A program made the position numbers and the translations under genes. Of a DNA stretch of 64,000 nt, positions 13,342 through 25,760 are shown one piece after another. The number at the start of each line of letters is the position of its first letter. Within the stretch, counting starts at the first letter, position 1. A model generated the notes under the pieces. It searched no databases, was not told the origin of the DNA, and saw nothing but the letters and a program-made list of their open reading frames with translations. This DNA comes from Octopus sinensis (lineage: Eukaryota): contig NW_021834784.1 of assembly GCF_006345805.1 (NCBI RefSeq), positions 7,026 through 71,025 on the forward strand. The letters are read 5' to 3'.

Positions 13342-14422
13342 TTATCGTCGCACAACGGTACCAGCTACTGTCTGACAGAATATTGACAAAGGTGTGGTTG
13401 TTATTGGATGTCTGTCGTCAACAACATCCACTTCAATCTCTTCATCTTCGTCATCTGATTTACTCTCATTTATCGGATATTTTATTTGCCGGTCACGTGT
13501 TTCCGGTTTATCGTTTTCCTTTTCTCGGTCTTGTTTCGAGGACTCTCGCTGGCTGACATATTGGTATTCTGTTTTATTATTGTTATTGTTGTTGTTATAA
13601 TGGTGATGGTTGCTGTTGTGGTGTTGATGATTGGGAAAACAGAAGATCTGAGGATGTTGCTGCGGTAACTGTGCTTGTTGTTGTGGTTGCTGTTGTTGGT
13701 TACTAGCATCACTTATAATACTTTTAATGCTTTTAATTTTACCACCATTTTTGAGGTCGTTGTTATTATTATTATTATTATTGTTGTTGTTGTTGTTATT
13801 ACTACTGCTGTTGCTGTGGTTGCTGCAGCTGTCGATACTGTTGTTGCTGTTACTATTGCTGTCGATGTTGCTACTGGTAGTAGTAGTAGTTGTAGTTGTA
13901 GGCGTGTTGTTAGTCGTGATAGCAGTAGTGGTGGTAGTGAGTTTTTTGTGCTGAAGGTTGCTGAGGTGAAGGTTGAAAGGGAAATGAAGGTCTTGATGAA
14001 GATGATGATGATGGTGATGATGATGGTTGTGTTCAGGCTGCTGCTGTTTGGTAAGATGGAAGCGGGGAAAATGAGGAAGGTGTTGATGGTGTTCTTCGAA
14101 TGGTTGTGGTTGTTTTTCTTCGATTTGTTCTTGTTTTTGCTGCTTTCCTTGTTTCTTCTGCTGTTGTTGCTGTTGTTGTTGTTGGTGATGGTGAAGGAAG
14201 AGCAGATGATGCTGCTGATGAAGGTGGAGTTGTTGGCGTTGGCGAAGAAGGTCTTGGTGCTGAGAGTCATCGGGACAAAGGTCAAGGTCATCGTGGTCTT
14301 GGTCATCGTCGTTGTTGTTGTTGTTGTTGTTGCTGTTGATGTTGTTGTCGTTATCGTCGTCGTCGTCATCATCGTCAATGCTGATGTGGATGTTATCGGA
14401 ATGTTCTTGGCCAGCCGGCCTC
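13342..14422 (-). CDS. Probable terminal coding exon of a low-complexity Q/H/N/T/D-rich protein, possibly a transcription factor
   Basis: 1.1-kb open frame (367 aa from ATG 14445) with mixed-codon repeats and non-repetitive protein-like segments (KTEYQYVSQRESSKQDREKENDKPETRDRQIKYPINESKSDDEDEEIEVDVVDDRHP). Candidate acceptor tcttctatgcAG|G at 14423/14422 (phase 2), TAA at 13342. No recognised TE in 9.7-14.6 kb. No DNA-binding domain visible. Confidence 0.6.
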
Positions 14423-14605
14423 CTGCATAGAAGATATTTACTCATATAGTATCTACACTGTCATCTCTCTCGCCTCTCCTCCCACACCTCTCCTCTCTCT
14501 CCTCTCTTTCTCTTTCTCTCTCTCTCTCTCATTGCCTCTGTTTCAAACGCATCCACTCACACTCATATTCACACTCGGTCTCCTTCCCTCTCTCTACTAT
14601 TCCCT

Positions 14606-14974
14606 TATTTCTTTATTGCCTACAAGGGGCTAAACGTAGAGGGGACAAATAAGGACAGACAAAGGGATTAAGTCGACCCCGAAAGGATGAAAGGCAAAGT
14701 CAACCTCGGCGGAATTTGAACTCAGGACGTAACCTCAGATGAAATACCTATTTCTTTACTACCTACAAGGGGCTAAACACAGAGAAGACAAACAAGGACA
14801 GACAAAGGGATTAAGTCGATTACATAGACCCCAGTGCGTAACCGGTATTTAATTTATCGACTCCGAAAGGATGAAGGGCAAAGTCGACCTCGGCGGAATT
14901 TGAATTCAGAATGTAAAGACAGACGAAATACCGCTAAGCATTTCGCCCGGCGTGCTAACGTTTCTTCCAGCCTC
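14606..14974 (-). mobile_element. Head-to-tail dimeric SINE family A with 13-bp TSD
   Basis: Two units joined at GAAATACC|TATTTCTTT. Flanks TCTACTATTCCCT (14593-14605) and TCTGCTATTCCCT (14975-14987). Confidence 0.85.
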
Positions 14975-16071
14975 TCTGCTATTCCCTGTCACACAAACTA
15001 TCACACAGTATATCTGTCTTTCTGTCCGTCCGTCTGTCTGTCTGTCTATCTATTTATCTATCTACCTCTCTATCTGGTTTTCCTTCTCCCACCCTCTTAA
15101 TTTCTTTTGCCTATTCTTTGTTATGTATTCTGAAACAAGCAAACACCTAACCCCCACCAAAACGTAACTCCACCAATGTTTCGTACAATGTAATGAGGTA
15201 AGATCTATCAATGGCTTTGTGTGTGTGTATGTGTCTGTGTGAGCTCGCGCGCACGCGCACTAAGCCTTTGTACATCACTGATTCGTTGTCTACGTTGTCC
15301 TGCAATATTCGCGATGAAATATCTCGCTGATTTAAAATGGTGACAAGATGGGGTCGGCAATCAGTCACTGATTCTGACGGGAACGCAAAAGCGCGCCCCA
15401 GGGACCGTAGACAATTCTCAAGACAACATAGGTTCTAGGGACCAAACCCATTTTCCCTAATTACTTATTTATCACTGATACACGTAAAACACTGTTTTGA
15501 CGCTTCTTTTATATTTTGTAGATTTTTACCCCATTTGCTTCGCAACTAAGGGCCCGTGATAAACGAAGATAGCTATTCTAGCCGTATCTTAGTCGTAGTC
15601 TTCGCTACAAATTTCTTAATATCTGAAATCAGGACCATTCTAATTCTAGCTAAATTTTGCAGTGTACCTCTAAACAAACACTTCTAATACATATATTTGG
15701 ACTATTCCCCACGGTGTATAAAAAAAATAGCGTCTGGCATTTTGCTTGCCTTCACGAAATCTCCTCCACGTTGTAAAGGAAGATTTCAGGTTTCACATTT
15801 AATTAAATAACATTTTTATAGTTTTTATGTATTCATATATTTGTTTATTTAGGTAGTTATGGATTTATTTAATTATGTAATTATCTAATTATTCATATGT
15901 AAGCCGAGTTTCTGTAGCGAAAGAAAAAGCACAGCTAAATCAGAAGTGCAAATATGTTCGTACGGTGAGTTGTACACACACACACACGTCGCACGCACAC
16001 ACACACACACACATACATACACATACATATATATATATATTTATTGAATATATATATCACATATATATTTC

Positions 16072-16104
<33 letters not shown>

Positions 16105-16360
16105 TATTACATATACATATATATGTTAATTAAATGCCTAAATATATATAATATATATATATATATATAACACACTCATGTATGTGTACATATCACACAT
16201 ATATTCACCCTCACATGTACACACACACAAAGCAATAAACACGTAGACAACCTAAGCCAAGACAGTAGCATACACACAACTACATGGAATTCTCTAAATA
16301 CATTCCTAGCTGTTCGTCTAACTCTTGATATACGTATGCATATATATATGTATATATATG

Positions 16361-16394
<34 letters not shown>

Positions 16395-16399
16395 GTATG

Positions 16400-16435
<36 letters not shown>

Positions 16436-16825
16436 ACACCCACACATACATATACACATACATACAAGTACATGCATGCATGCATGCATACACGCATACG
16501 TAAATACATACATACACATACAAACACAAATGCACACACATATATGTATACAACATATTAAAAACACGCACACACACGCATGGAAAAATAAATTCAATAA
16601 ATAGTAAACAAAAATACAAAAAAAACATAAGCATGCTATAATAATAATAATAAAAATAATAAAAATAATAATAATAATAATAATAACAATATAAACAAAC
16701 AAATAACAGGAAAAGTAAATAGAATTAACATAATTTATGACAACAAAAAATACACAACAAACATCCTTGCATATTAAAAGCTAACAAAATCTCAGGAATA
16801 ACTATACTATATGAAATAATTGAAT

Positions 16826-16861
<36 letters not shown>

Positions 16862-17388
16862 ATATATATATAGATATATATATATATAATAATATATATA
16901 TATATATATACATTTATATATATATTACGTATATATATATATATATATATAATATTATATATATATATATATGTATGTATGTATGTACGTATGTATGTAT
17001 GTATGTATGTATGTATGTATGTATGTATGTATTATGTATGTATGTATTTTGTGCCCTCAAATATAAATGCATTAATGATACGATAATGTAAGGGCTGCAA
17101 AAAATATTTTCTAAAAATGGTTCGTAGCTCAGACCAGAAGCCCTCCAATTTTATCAGAAGGCGAACGATACCAATAACAGTAATATTTTTCGTGCCTGAC
17201 GAATAAGATGTAAAAATGGCCTCAACGGGAATTGAACACAGTACATAGTATGCTGCAAAAATAAAAGCTTTAATTTCACTTTTTCTGTTGCCAATCCGCC
17301 CACAGATAAGGACAATCGATGATGATTAGTATATGATAAATCAACGCAGGTGACAATACATGTAGGCTTATGTATATAAATTAACTTA

Positions 17389-17686
17389 GAGGCACATGGC
17401 CTAGTGGTTAGAGCAGCGGACACGCAGTCGAGGGATCGCGGGTTCGCATCTCAGACCGGGCGATGTGTGTGTTTATGAGCGAAACACCTAAGCTCCACGC
17501 GGCTCCAGCAGAAGGTAATGGTGAACTTCTGCTGACTCTTTCGCCACAATTTTCTCTCACTCTTTCCTCCTGCATCTAGCAGCTCACCTGCGACGGACCG
17601 GCGTCCCGTCCAGGTGGGGAACCTATACGCCAAGAAACCGGGAAACCGGCCCTTATGAGCCAGGCATGGCTTGAGAAGGAACAAGC
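17389..17686 (+). mobile_element. tRNA-derived SINE family D with V-like domain
   Basis: GGCACATGGCCTAGTGGTTAGAGC A-box, GGTTCGCATCTC B-box, CCTGCGACGGACCGGCGTCCCGTCCAGG. Homologues at 61505 and 63405. Confidence 0.8.
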
Positions 17687-18014
17687 ATATAAGATGAACA
17701 CATTTTTGTTCATGAGTCCCAAGTCACTCTAGGCTAAACAGTGAACTGGCCCAACAACCAACAGGTCTCTTAGGCACTTTGGAATATATATGCATACGTG
17801 GACGCAGGGCGTGTGTGTGTTTGTGTGTATGTGTGCGCTAACTCCAGCTGCCCGGGGATATCATTGCAATGGGCCCTATAAAAGTTGTTTATTGATACCA
17901 AGTCACATCATACATAGATCAAAATCAGGCCCTTAGACCCGTCACTATCTGAGTAGCTGATCAGTGTGGCGGTAACAAAAGACAGCAGCGTGCGTGTGAG
18001 ATCATATATATATA

Positions 18015-18232
18015 TTCTTTTGCTTGTTTCAGTCATTTGACTGCGGCCATGCTGGAGCACCACCTTTAATCGGACAAATTGACCCCATAACTTATTCTTT
18101 GTAAGCCGAGTATATATGCCATCCTCTTTTGCCGGACCTCTAGGTTACGAGGGACATGAAAATACCAGCATCTGCTGTCAAGCGATGAAGGGACAAACAC
18201 AGTCACACAAACATATAAATATACTTATATAT

Positions 18233-18277
<45 letters not shown>

Positions 18278-18475
18278 AAGGGTGAAATATAATTAATTTA
18301 ATAAAATCAACAAATTTCACCAAGTAATTTTCCGGTATGGAAAAGGACCGAATTTTACCGTATATATATATTATATATATATACGACGGGCTTCTTTCAG
18401 TTTCCGTCTACCAAATACACTCACAGGGCTTCGGTCATGTAGTTGGTAAGCAAGCTTCTTACTACACAGTCACGC
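18015..18475 (-). mobile_element. CORE-type SINE family B, interrupted
   Basis: 3' half at 18015-18215, expanded TA tract with an insert, then ACGACGGGCTTCTTTCAGTTTCCGTCTACC at 18382. Confidence 0.75.
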
Positions 18476-18490
18476 TGCCCCTATACACAA

Positions 18491-18522
<32 letters not shown>

Positions 18523-19087
18523 CATAGATATAGTTATAGATATATATATATTATGTATAACATATATATTTATATAAAACAAACATATATGAGTATATAT
18601 CTTATCCTCTTCTCTTCAGATAATTATAGAGAATTTTCCATAATTGCTCGTGAGTTTGGGAGAATATTTCACTCATGAGATTATCTCCCCCTGTTTCATC
18701 TGGAGTCAGCATTACACGATTGGTGTCGTCTCTCTGTAAGCGTGATAATTTAAGTAAAGTGAAAATTTATCTTGTATGTTATTTAATATACCTTAATTCG
18801 TTTTAACATTCAAACACACACACACACACACTACACGCACGTGCGCGCGCGCACACACACACTCGCACGCATACGCATATATACATATATAGGGCGGTGG
18901 GTTAGGTCAGTGTGTTAATAAAATATAAATATATCTTTGTCTTGCGACAATATGATATATATATATATATATATATATTGGCCTGCTCGCTTAGCCAGCG
19001 GGGTGGCGTCATTTGAAGGCTAAAACAATGCGAAGCGCATCGTGCCCCGCGATGTGTAGCAACATCTGATGGCGGTGATCACGGTGA

Positions 19088-19227
<140 letters not shown>

Positions 19228-19312
19228 TGGATATGTATATATATATATATATATATATTCATATGAAAAAATAAGTCGAAATAGAAAATGCTAAAATAAT
19301 TTTATAAAGAAC

Positions 19313-19359
19313 ATTTCAGTACCGGTTTCTGTCATTTTGAGACCTTTTCAACTGTAACG
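19313..19359 (-). ncRNA. Type I hammerhead-like motif, U3-A8 variant
   Basis: Minus strand: cgtta-CAG TTGAAAA G GTC tcaaaat GAC A GAAA CCGG T A CTG-aaatg. Stem I CAG/CTG (extendable), stem II GTC/GAC, palindromic stem III ACCGGT, GUA cleavage triplet. Confidence 0.55.
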
Positions 19360-19681
19360 ATTAAATAATTAAATTTAGAAAAATTAAAAGAAATGTTTTT
19401 TTAAAGGAATATTTATATAGTGTTCAAATATAATTGGCATTTTCCTTGTTTCTGTCTTGCTCTGATATATATATATATATATATATAATATATATTATAT
19501 ATATACACACATACATATACATACATATGTATGAATATATGCATTTATACATGTATGTATGTATGCACGTAGATATGTATGTAACGTATATATGTATGTA
19601 TGAGATGAGATGAAGCGTATTGTGTGTTTGCGCATGTGCACACATAGATATATATCTACATACGCGCACAAAATTATGTTT

Positions 19682-20130
19682 TTCTATTATAGATACAAGG
19701 CCAGTAATTTTGAGGTAGGGGGGTAAGTCGATTACATCGACCTCAGTTCACAACCGGTACTTATTTTATCGACTCCGAAAGGATGAAAGCCTTCGGCAGA
19801 ATTTGAGCTCTGAACATAGAGACGGACGAAATGCCGCTAAGCATTTTGCCCTGCATGCTAACAATTCTGCCAGGTCGCCGCCTAGGGAGAGTCAAACGTT
19901 GTTGAACAGTGTTTTTATTTCTTCGATCGGAGAGGGGACAAATAAGGACAGACAAAATGATTAAGTCGATTAGATCGACTCCAGTACAAAACTGGTAATT
20001 ATTTAATCGACCGTGAAAGGATGAAAGGCAAAGTCGACCCCGGCGGAGTTTGAACTCAGAACGGAAAGACAAACGAAATACCGCTAAGCATTGTGCCCGG
20101 TGTGCTAACGATTCTGCCGGCTCGCCGCCC
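19682..20130 (-). mobile_element. Two adjacent SINE family A copies with different 3' tails
   Basis: Copies at 19682-19885 and 19930-20130. Both contain GAAAGGATGAAAG and GAATTTGAGCTC/GAGTTTGAACTC. Confidence 0.85.
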
Positions 20131-20250
20131 TTGTTGAACAGTATTTAGATCAAGCAAACACAAATAAGGGGTACAGCTCGAAATTAGACTCAAACCTTCA
20201 GTTTCAAAGGATAAGAATGAGAACTAGTAAACGCAGCAATGGAAAGAATA

Positions 20251-20285
<35 letters not shown>

Positions 20286-20671
20286 TATTTATTATAGAAT
20301 TTAAAGATTTCAATACATTCTTCTATGTAATGAAATTTCTTTTTCAAATCCTTTTATGTTCCGTCCTGTTTTTATTTCGTTATTAGCTTACTAAACCAGC
20401 CATTTAAAGATAGCTAAATTCGTTCGATAATTGCGTAAATTGCTTAAAATACCTTCATATAATGAACGTTTTAAACGCTTAATTGGTAAACTAGCTTTAT
20501 ATAATGAACGTGCGATGTTTAATTGCTAAAATACCTGAACATAATTGACACTTTAACGCTTAAATCAATAGAGCTAGTAAGTTTTTTTGTTGTTGTTTAT
20601 TTTTATTATTGATTTAGTATTGAAATTATTGTCTTTCGTTATCATTGTGGCTGCTGCGTCTTTTATCGTCT

Positions 20672-21010
20672 GTCTTTTACTTGTTTCAGTTACTGGACTG
20701 TGGCCAAGCTGGGGCACCGCCTTGGAGCGTTTTTGTCAAACAAATCGACTTCAGTACTTTGCCGAGTCGGTAAGTTACACGGACGTAAGCAAAACAACAT
20801 CGGTTGTCAAGCGATGGCTAGGGTGTGACAAATACTGACACAAAGACTCAGATATACACTCACATATATTTATGTATGTATATGACAGGCTGACGGGCTT
20901 CCACACAGTTTCCGCTAATCAAATACACTCACAAGGCATTGATCCACAGTAGGCAAGAGGAGAAAACACTTGATCAAGTCGCCGCGCCATAGGATTGATC
21001 CCGAAACGAG
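20672..21010 (-). mobile_element. CORE-type SINE family B, diverged
   Basis: GTTTCAGTTACTGGACTGTGGCC, CATCGGTTGTCAAGCGATG, GACGGGCTTCCACACAGTTTCCG, and GGATTGATCCCG head. Confidence 0.7.
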
Positions 21011-21052
21011 GCAGCGAGATGGTGGAATCGTTACCACGTTGGAGGTAAAACA

Positions 21053-21252
21053 AGAGAGGACAAACAAGGACAGACAAACGGATTAAGTCGATTATATCGA
21101 CCCCAGTGCGTAACTGGTACTTATTTAATCAACCCCGAAAGGATGAAAAGCAAAGTCGACCTCGGCGGAATCTGAACTCAGAACGTAGCGGCAGACGAAA
21201 TACCTCTAAGCATTTCGCCCGGCGTGCTAACATTTCTGCCAGCTCTCCGCCT
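21053..21252 (-). mobile_element. SINE family A
   Basis: Near-consensus copy. Confidence 0.9.
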
Positions 21253-21841
21253 GTCTAGGCATATTCCTACAGGATGTTATCAAAAACGCAATATGTATAG
21301 TACTGCTTTATCTAATGTGGCCGTTTTAACGCGTGATACTAACGTGTTTTAACTGCTATTTCTAGAAACATGAGCGGGTTGGTAGAGGCTTCTTCATTTA
21401 CGAATCAACGATGGGACATCACTAGAAGTAACTAGTGCATCGTCTCTCATTGACAAACAATAGATAACAGTAATTGCGAATGAAAGTGGAAACAAGAATC
21501 GTTATTTAATTGATTAGTTTATGTTTTATCGATTAGTTTCTCCTGTTTCTATACGATAGTGTCCACTCCTAAGAATGCAATGTTTAAAACCGTTCATTGA
21601 TAGTATGGTGGTTTGCATCAGCCACAGAAGAAAAAAATAATTAATCGACACCGTAGACGCATCTAACGACATTAGTAACGCCACCAACGTCAACAAAACA
21701 TCTAATTCAGCAATAAGAAACACACACATGCACGCACAAACACACACACACACACACACGACGTACATATGCATATAGGTAAATATAGAAAAACAATACT
21801 TCCATTTATATTGTCTCTCTTTCTCTCCCTCTTTATGTCTG

Positions 21842-21931
<90 letters not shown>

Positions 21932-22212
21932 ATAAAACGGTAAGATAACAAAAGAAAGAAAGAGACCTCAATATTATGTAAATAGAGGATCTGGTTTACG
22001 CCCCCTTACTCACCCGAGGTGGCCTTCAATATAGGTAAATATTTCCTAGCACTGATAGATAGACATTTTCCAGTTAACCATGCTTATAGGAAACTCTTCA
22101 ATAGACACAATTAAAAATTAGTTTTAGTTCAACTACCAATTTTAAAAACATAATCAATCATAACATACAAAAAACACAAGAAGAAAACAGCTGTTCATGC
22201 AGGAATAAAGAA

Positions 22213-22794
22213 TTGTGCCCGCTAAATGGAGCTTGCATGTCCAAGACCATCATATATGAAGCTACCGTAAACTCTATAACCACTAAAGACACCGTTTCGA
22301 CGAAGAAATACGTGGGCCTGACAGAGGGTAATTTCAAGGCCAGGTTCAATAACCACACTTTGAGCTTTAGGCACTGGAACAAAAGAAAAGCGACACAATT
22401 ATCCAATCATATTTGGTTTTTAAGAGATAAAGGTGTCGATTATAACATACAATGGAAGATTTTGGCCAGATGTAAGCCCTATACTAACGGCAGCGGAAGG
22501 TGCGGTTTATGCGACATGGAGAGATGGCTTATCTGGAAAAGCAGCTTAGACCCTACCACATGTCTAAATACAAGGACAGAGCTTTTCGGATCATGCCCAC
22601 ATGTGACTAAATTTCTGTTACGTTTTTGGTCCCCTAAGAAAACGGATAGAACATGCTTTCTGTGTTATGTCCCAAGAAGATTTTATATATTTTTATATAT
22701 TTTTATATATTTTTATGTATTTTTATATAATTTCTATGACGAAAAATGCGAGCGATGTATAAGTGCGCAGGCAAACAGAGTTATAACAGAGTAA
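22213..22794 (+). pseudogene. GIY-YIG endonuclease domain of the Penelope-like element
   Basis: IIY..YVG motif pair, conserved R and H residues, C-terminal CxLC and CPH. The upstream frame is disrupted. Confidence 0.85.
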
Positions 22795-22843
22795 TTTCCC
22801 TTCATTTTTAACGGTATTTTTTCATAACGTTTTCAAATAGCCA

Positions 22844-22904
22844 GATAACCGAAGAGATGGTGTTGTGGATTTCCACTTCGGCATCTGAAACTCAGAGTTT
22901 TATC
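22844..22904 (+). ncRNA. Type I hammerhead-like motif at the 3' end of the Penelope element
   Basis: GATAA CCGAAGA GATG..GTGG attt CCAC..CATC T GAAA CTC A GAG T T TTATC. U4 is C in this copy. Confidence 0.6.
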
Positions 22905-22927
22905 TTGACTACCGAGTAATGTAACAT

Positions 22928-22966
<39 letters not shown>

Positions 22967-22982
22967 TAGAGAGAGAGATCGC

Positions 22983-23190
22983 CATGTTGATTCGCTAGCC
23001 TCTGCACGCATTTTTTTCTCTCCTTGTTTCTTTCTGTGTTTCTTTTCTGTGTATCTTTCTGTTGAAGAGCGTAGGCTCGAAACGTAAAAGACTTGTTTTA
23101 TTTATATTCCTGAGCGCCATACTAATACAATTGTTTGTTTGTATTCCACCTGCCTTCGTCTTTTGTTTATTTTCATAAAGCTTCCCGTTA
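22983..23190 (+). mobile_element. Short pLTR-like element carrying a hammerhead motif
   Basis: Nearly identical to the reverse complement of 49323-49528. Flanked by (TA)n tracts. Confidence 0.75.
23054..23091 (+). ncRNA. Minimal type I hammerhead-like motif, A6U variant
   Basis: TCTTT CTGTTGA A GAGC gtag GCTC GAAA CGT A AAAGA: 5-bp stem I, 4-bp stem II, palindromic ACGT stem III. Confidence 0.65.
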
Positions 23191-23253
23191 TATATATATA
23201 TATATATATATACTAGTAGACATATATACGCAATGTATATATATAAATATATA

Positions 23254-23305
<52 letters not shown>

Positions 23306-24164
23306 GTATTTTGTATTTATATTTGTGTAACATCGTCTGTTTTTCCGTACTTGTTTTCGTATACATTCGATGCTTTCTTCCAAGGAATCTAATGCTCTTA
23401 GCTTAGTTTTTCCTTGGGGCTGGCCAGATTGGAGCAATCCCAAGAATAATCAGCCGAAATTGCGATGATCCGGTCACTGACTGAGGATAGAGAGCTTAAA
23501 TGACCCGTCCTTGTTTTTTGTATCGTCTATCTGGATGTTTTGTTGTCCCTTTTTGTATCACCTAGTTGTTCGGATGTTTTGCGTTCTTGTCCCATTTTGT
23601 ATTATATATATATATGCTTACATATCTATATATATATATGTGTATATACACATTGATAAAAGATATATATGTATGCACTAATGAATACATATACATGCAC
23701 TCCAACAAGAACACACACACAAACACACTCATATACACTCACACACATACACACACGAGCAAAATTATTCCTGCCGATGTTCTTTTTCTCGAATAAATGC
23801 AACAGAACCGTCCACAAATTAGACACCAATAACCAAGCATTGTCCATTCCTAATTAGATTACCCACGAAGTAAACGAGGAATTACCAAAATGGACGATCC
23901 CCACAAACTATGAATCCACAAAATCTTTCCACTTTACAACAATGAAAAAAAAAACAGAATAATGAGACTAAGATATAAGAAATTCGAAATTGTGCTTAAC
24001 GTGTATTCACATCATCAGCAGCCACTCGGATATCATTATGATTTCGACACCCTTCAATCCAAGGGTGACCATAGCGTTAAAGATATAAATGCTGCTTGGG
24101 AATCCACCGGTTTATTACTACAGTAACAACATCAGAGTGAACAATAGTGATGAATTATAGCTAC

Positions 24165-24535
24165 AAAGTAGTATTTATGACCATATAACAAAGCAATATT
24201 TCCAAACAGGATACCAAACCAAAAATTTTGTGAGTAGGGGTAAGCTGATTACATTGACATCAGTACTCAACTGGTACTTATTTTATCGATCCAGAAATGA
24301 TGATATGCATAGCCGACCTCGGCAGAATAGTATGTATTAAATATTGGATCTTAAATAACATCTGACAAAACAATATTAAATATAAACTGGTCAATAATAA
24401 GACGTACTCCTTCAGCACAGAGGAAAATACGCCCAGATATGCTTGTTCAACTGCAGTAAAAAATGAGGAATTGTCAGGTGATATACACCAGAATAAATTC
24501 ATGTTTAAACATAGGTCCAAATTACAAACAAACAG
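24165..24535 (+). repeat. Old local duplication, partial copy 1
   Basis: Colinear with 32385-32745 (TAGTATTTATRACCATATAACAAAGC..GGTCCAAATTACA), including an embedded decayed SINE A. Confidence 0.8.
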
Positions 24536-24908
24536 AGATTGTGGTGTGATTTTTTTTTCTATGTATTAAAGATCTCGGTTAATTTTGGCTTGAACATTTT
24601 TGTCTTAAGAATAAGGACCGCACCTTATAGGTGGTACTCCGGCATGGCTGAGTAATTATGAAGCTTGCCTTGCAACCACGTGGTACTTTGGGCAAGTGAG
24701 CTATTCTTTGACCCCAGGCCGAACAAAGGCTTGTAACCGAATTTGAAGACAAAGCTGTGTAGAAACCTGTCCTCTCACTCTCTCTCCCTTTCTCTCTCTC
24801 TATCACTCCCTTCATGTCGCTCTCTCTCGCTCTCTCTCTCTTTCTCTCTCTCTCTTTCTCTCTCTCTCTCTGTATATGTATATATAATATATATATATAG
24901 TATGTATG

Positions 24909-24980
<72 letters not shown>

Positions 24981-25760
24981 TAAAGTGAGTGAGAGAAAGT
25001 ATGTGTATGTGTTTATGTGTATATATGTGTGTGTGCGTGTGTGCATGTGTGTGTGTGTATGTGTGTGTGTATGCATGTGTGTGTGTGCATCGCGCGTATT
25101 TCTGTCATTATTCCTAATTGTTACGCCAAATATTACAAATGATTTCAGGATACAAAACACGCTTAAAATTTGTTTGACCGAAAATATATATTCTCTCGGA
25201 ACACATAAGTGAATGGATCCATTCAATACAAATAGAACCATATATTGAATGAGAACTGGATGTTCCATATTCTTCAGTTTTATTTCTACTATTTGAAACA
25301 TTATTTTTACCTTTGCCAATCAATTTCCCCCTGTTCCCATTTTTTCATTGTCAATACGAAACAGATTTGTAATCGTTTCGCTAAATATGATATTCTCAGT
25401 TTCTTGTTCGTTTATTGTGCGATTGTTTTCTCTGTATTTCTTTCTGTTTTATTAATCTTTTATTCCTCAGTGTTTTTTCTCTATGCTATTTGTCCGTATA
25501 TATTGCAATATTATGTTGCAAATTGTAATAATGTTGTTTGTCTCAATGTAGCTTTCTGCACATTTCCCTATTCTCACGTTCAATTACCATCGCCGCTGAT
25601 TCAAAGAAAATTTTAGATTAGTATATTAAATTCCAATATGTCTTCGATGCTTTTCTTGTATAGCTATTTGTCTTTCCGCCGCATATATTATAATATTATA
25701 TATTATATTATATATATATATATATATATAGATATATATATATGATACACACAAATATAA

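Larger units (their letters stand above)
21986..22918 (+). mobile_element. 5'-truncated Penelope-like retroelement (RT C-terminus, linker, GIY-YIG endonuclease, 3' terminal region)
   Basis: RIWFTPPYS..NIGKYFLALIDRHFP..KLFNRH (21986-22112), a frameshift, then CSCRNKELCPLNGAC..IIYEA..KYVGLTEGNFKARFNNH..CGLC..LNTRTELFGSCPH..KFLL. These are typical Penelope-like motifs. Confidence 0.9.

Noticed and set aside
13675-14430. 251-aa plus-strand ORF and 221-aa alternative minus frame (13713-14378)
   Set aside because: They are shadow frames of the trinucleotide-rich exon, shorter and with less plausible composition.
18335-18360. CGGTA TGGAAAA GG A CC GAATTT TACCG hammerhead-like arrangement
   Set aside because: It lacks GAAA and a stem III, and is too degenerate to call.
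18600-18700. CTGAAGA and GAAATATT motifs with hairpins on the minus strand
   Set aside because: The order and spacing do not assemble into a hammerhead core.
23975-24126. ~50-codon protein-like open stretch on the plus strand (KFEIVLNVYSHHQQPLGYHYDFDTLQSKG..)
   Set aside because: It is short, with weak splice signals and no recognisable motif.
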